64,000 nt of DNA from Candidatus Latescibacterota bacterium (GTDB taxonomy: Bacteria; Latescibacterota; UBA2968; UBA8231): assembly GCA_965261395.1 (NCBI GenBank), contig OZ253462.1, forward strand, positions 5,568,001 through 5,632,000. The letters run 5' to 3'. A program made the position numbers and the translations under genes. The notes under the pieces are model-generated. The model was not told the origin of the DNA. It made no database searches and saw nothing but the letters and a program-made list of their open reading frames with translations. Positions 62,966 to 64,000 of the stretch are shown piece after piece (within the stretch, counting starts at the first letter, position 1; the number at the start of each line of letters is the position of its first letter).

Positions 62966-63866
62966 GAGTCTCTAACAAACCCTTTTTATGTCGTTTAGGC
63001 TGATCTATATTCATTTGTTCGGTATTGATGCTACTCCCTTGGTATGGAGGTTTGTTCATGGCCCAGCCCGTACTCGACGATGCGTTATGGGAACTCATTG
63101 AACCGGTTTTACCCCCCGATGTAGCCAAGCCCAAAGGCGGTCGGCCCCCGCTGGATAATCGTCGGGTGCTGACCGGCCTGGTCTTTGTGCTCAAGACGGG
63201 CATCCCTTGGGAGTATTTGCCGCAAGAGTTGGGGTGCGGCTCGGGGATGACCTGCTGGCGTCGGCGGCGGGCTTGGCAGCAAGCCGGGGTCTGGAAGCGC
63301 GTCCACCATATTCTGTTGAACCAACTACGGGCGGCCGACCGGATCGACGGGTCTCGGGCGGTGATCGATAGTGCCTCGGTGCGGGCGGTTGGGGGGGGGC
63401 GCACCCCGGTCCCAATCCGACCGATCGGGGCAAACCGGGCAGCAAACATCATGTAATCACCGATGCACAGGGGGTCCCGTTGGCCGCCAGCGTGACGGGG
63501 GCGCATCGGCATGATGTGACGCAGTTGTTGCCGTTGGTGGATCGCATCCCTGCGGTGGCCGGTCGAGTCGGCCGACCGCGTCGTCGCCCCGATCAGGTGC
63601 AAGGCGACCGGGCCTATGATTCGCAAGCGCATCGGCGCGCCTTGCAAAAGCGGGGCATCGGCGCGGTGTTGGCGCGGCGGGGACAAGCCCACGGCAGCGG
63701 CTTGGGCGTCTATCGGTGGGTGGTGGAACGGACGTTGGCGTGGTTGCATCAGTTTCGGCGGTTACGAGTGCGCTGGGAGCGGCGAGCCGAAATCCATGAG
63801 GCCTTCCTCGACATCGGATGTATACTCATCTGTTGGAACCACCTCAAAGAGTTTTGTTAGGAACTC
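62966..63866 (+). mobile_element. IS5-family insertion sequence (IS427-like, two-ORF), 901 bp
   Basis: Imperfect IRs GAGTCTCTAACAAA / TTTGTTAGGAACTC with TTA on both flanks. Confidence 0.88.
63058..63860 (+). CDS. IS5-family transposase expressed via a -1 frameshift
   Basis: orfA MAQPVLDDALWELIEP...IDSASVRA and -1-frame orfB GPNPTDRGKPGSKHH...GDRAYD...RWVVERT; G9 run at 63391-63399. Confidence 0.85.
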
Positions 63867-64000
63867 TTATAGTACATCCCCTCCATACTCGGGATGTCTA
63901 GGAAGCGCACCTCAATATCAAGTCGTTGGGCTAAGTCGTAGACACAGACGGCGCTATCCAAGCCGTAACCAGCGCTTCTACGCATACGGAGGGCCTTAGC
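63867..64000 (-). pseudogene. ImmA/IrrE-like metallopeptidase N-terminal part truncated by IS5 (partial at window edge)
   Basis: Minus frame AKALRMRRSAGYGLDSAVCVYDLAQRLDIEVRFLDIPSMEGMYY runs into the IS; HEXXH is not reached. Confidence 0.5.

Noticed and set aside
62949-63749. 266-aa antisense ORF across the IS5 element
   Set aside because: Shadow ORF opposite the transposase with no recognisable motifs

Overview
High-GC bacterial chromosomal window, most likely from an FCB-superphylum lineage such as Latescibacterota. That assignment is an inference from the PorU/PorV-like genes, CTD-tagged secreted proteins, PhyH-HEAT and ceramidase-like genes. The backbone is housekeeping: mobA, a frameshifted heme O synthase, ligA, argR-argB-argD-argH plus two enolase-superfamily paralogs, cdaA-folP-ftsH-tilS, lexA, era-purD-folB-folK-panC, rpmB, ispB-apbE-secDF, and yggS-yggT-ileS-dksA-lspA-rluD. 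Three accessory blocks stand out. (1) 23.7-28.55 kb is a lower-GC, translationally coupled three-gene cassette with two different single-half-site HDRF/PLD-like proteins and an unknown protein. It is a candidate defence system, and its first gene is interrupted at codon 3 by an IS5-family element. (2) 28.6-43.3 kb is a T9SS-like envelope cluster: a PorU-like C25 protein with Cys->Ser at the predicted nucleophile, a PorV-like barrel, an M6-like pseudo-protease with FG-GAP repeats and CTD, a peptidase-TolB-Omp85 fusion, two DUF5683-like proteins and an HEXXH peptidase with CTD. It also carries a duplicated ~140-bp leader and signal-peptide module. (3) 61-64 kb is a decayed island with a KAP NTPase pseudogene, an IS630 remnant, an IS5 element and a truncated ImmA/IrrE-like gene. 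No tRNA, rRNA or CRISPR array was recognised. All family assignments come from motif recognition by eye, without database searches.
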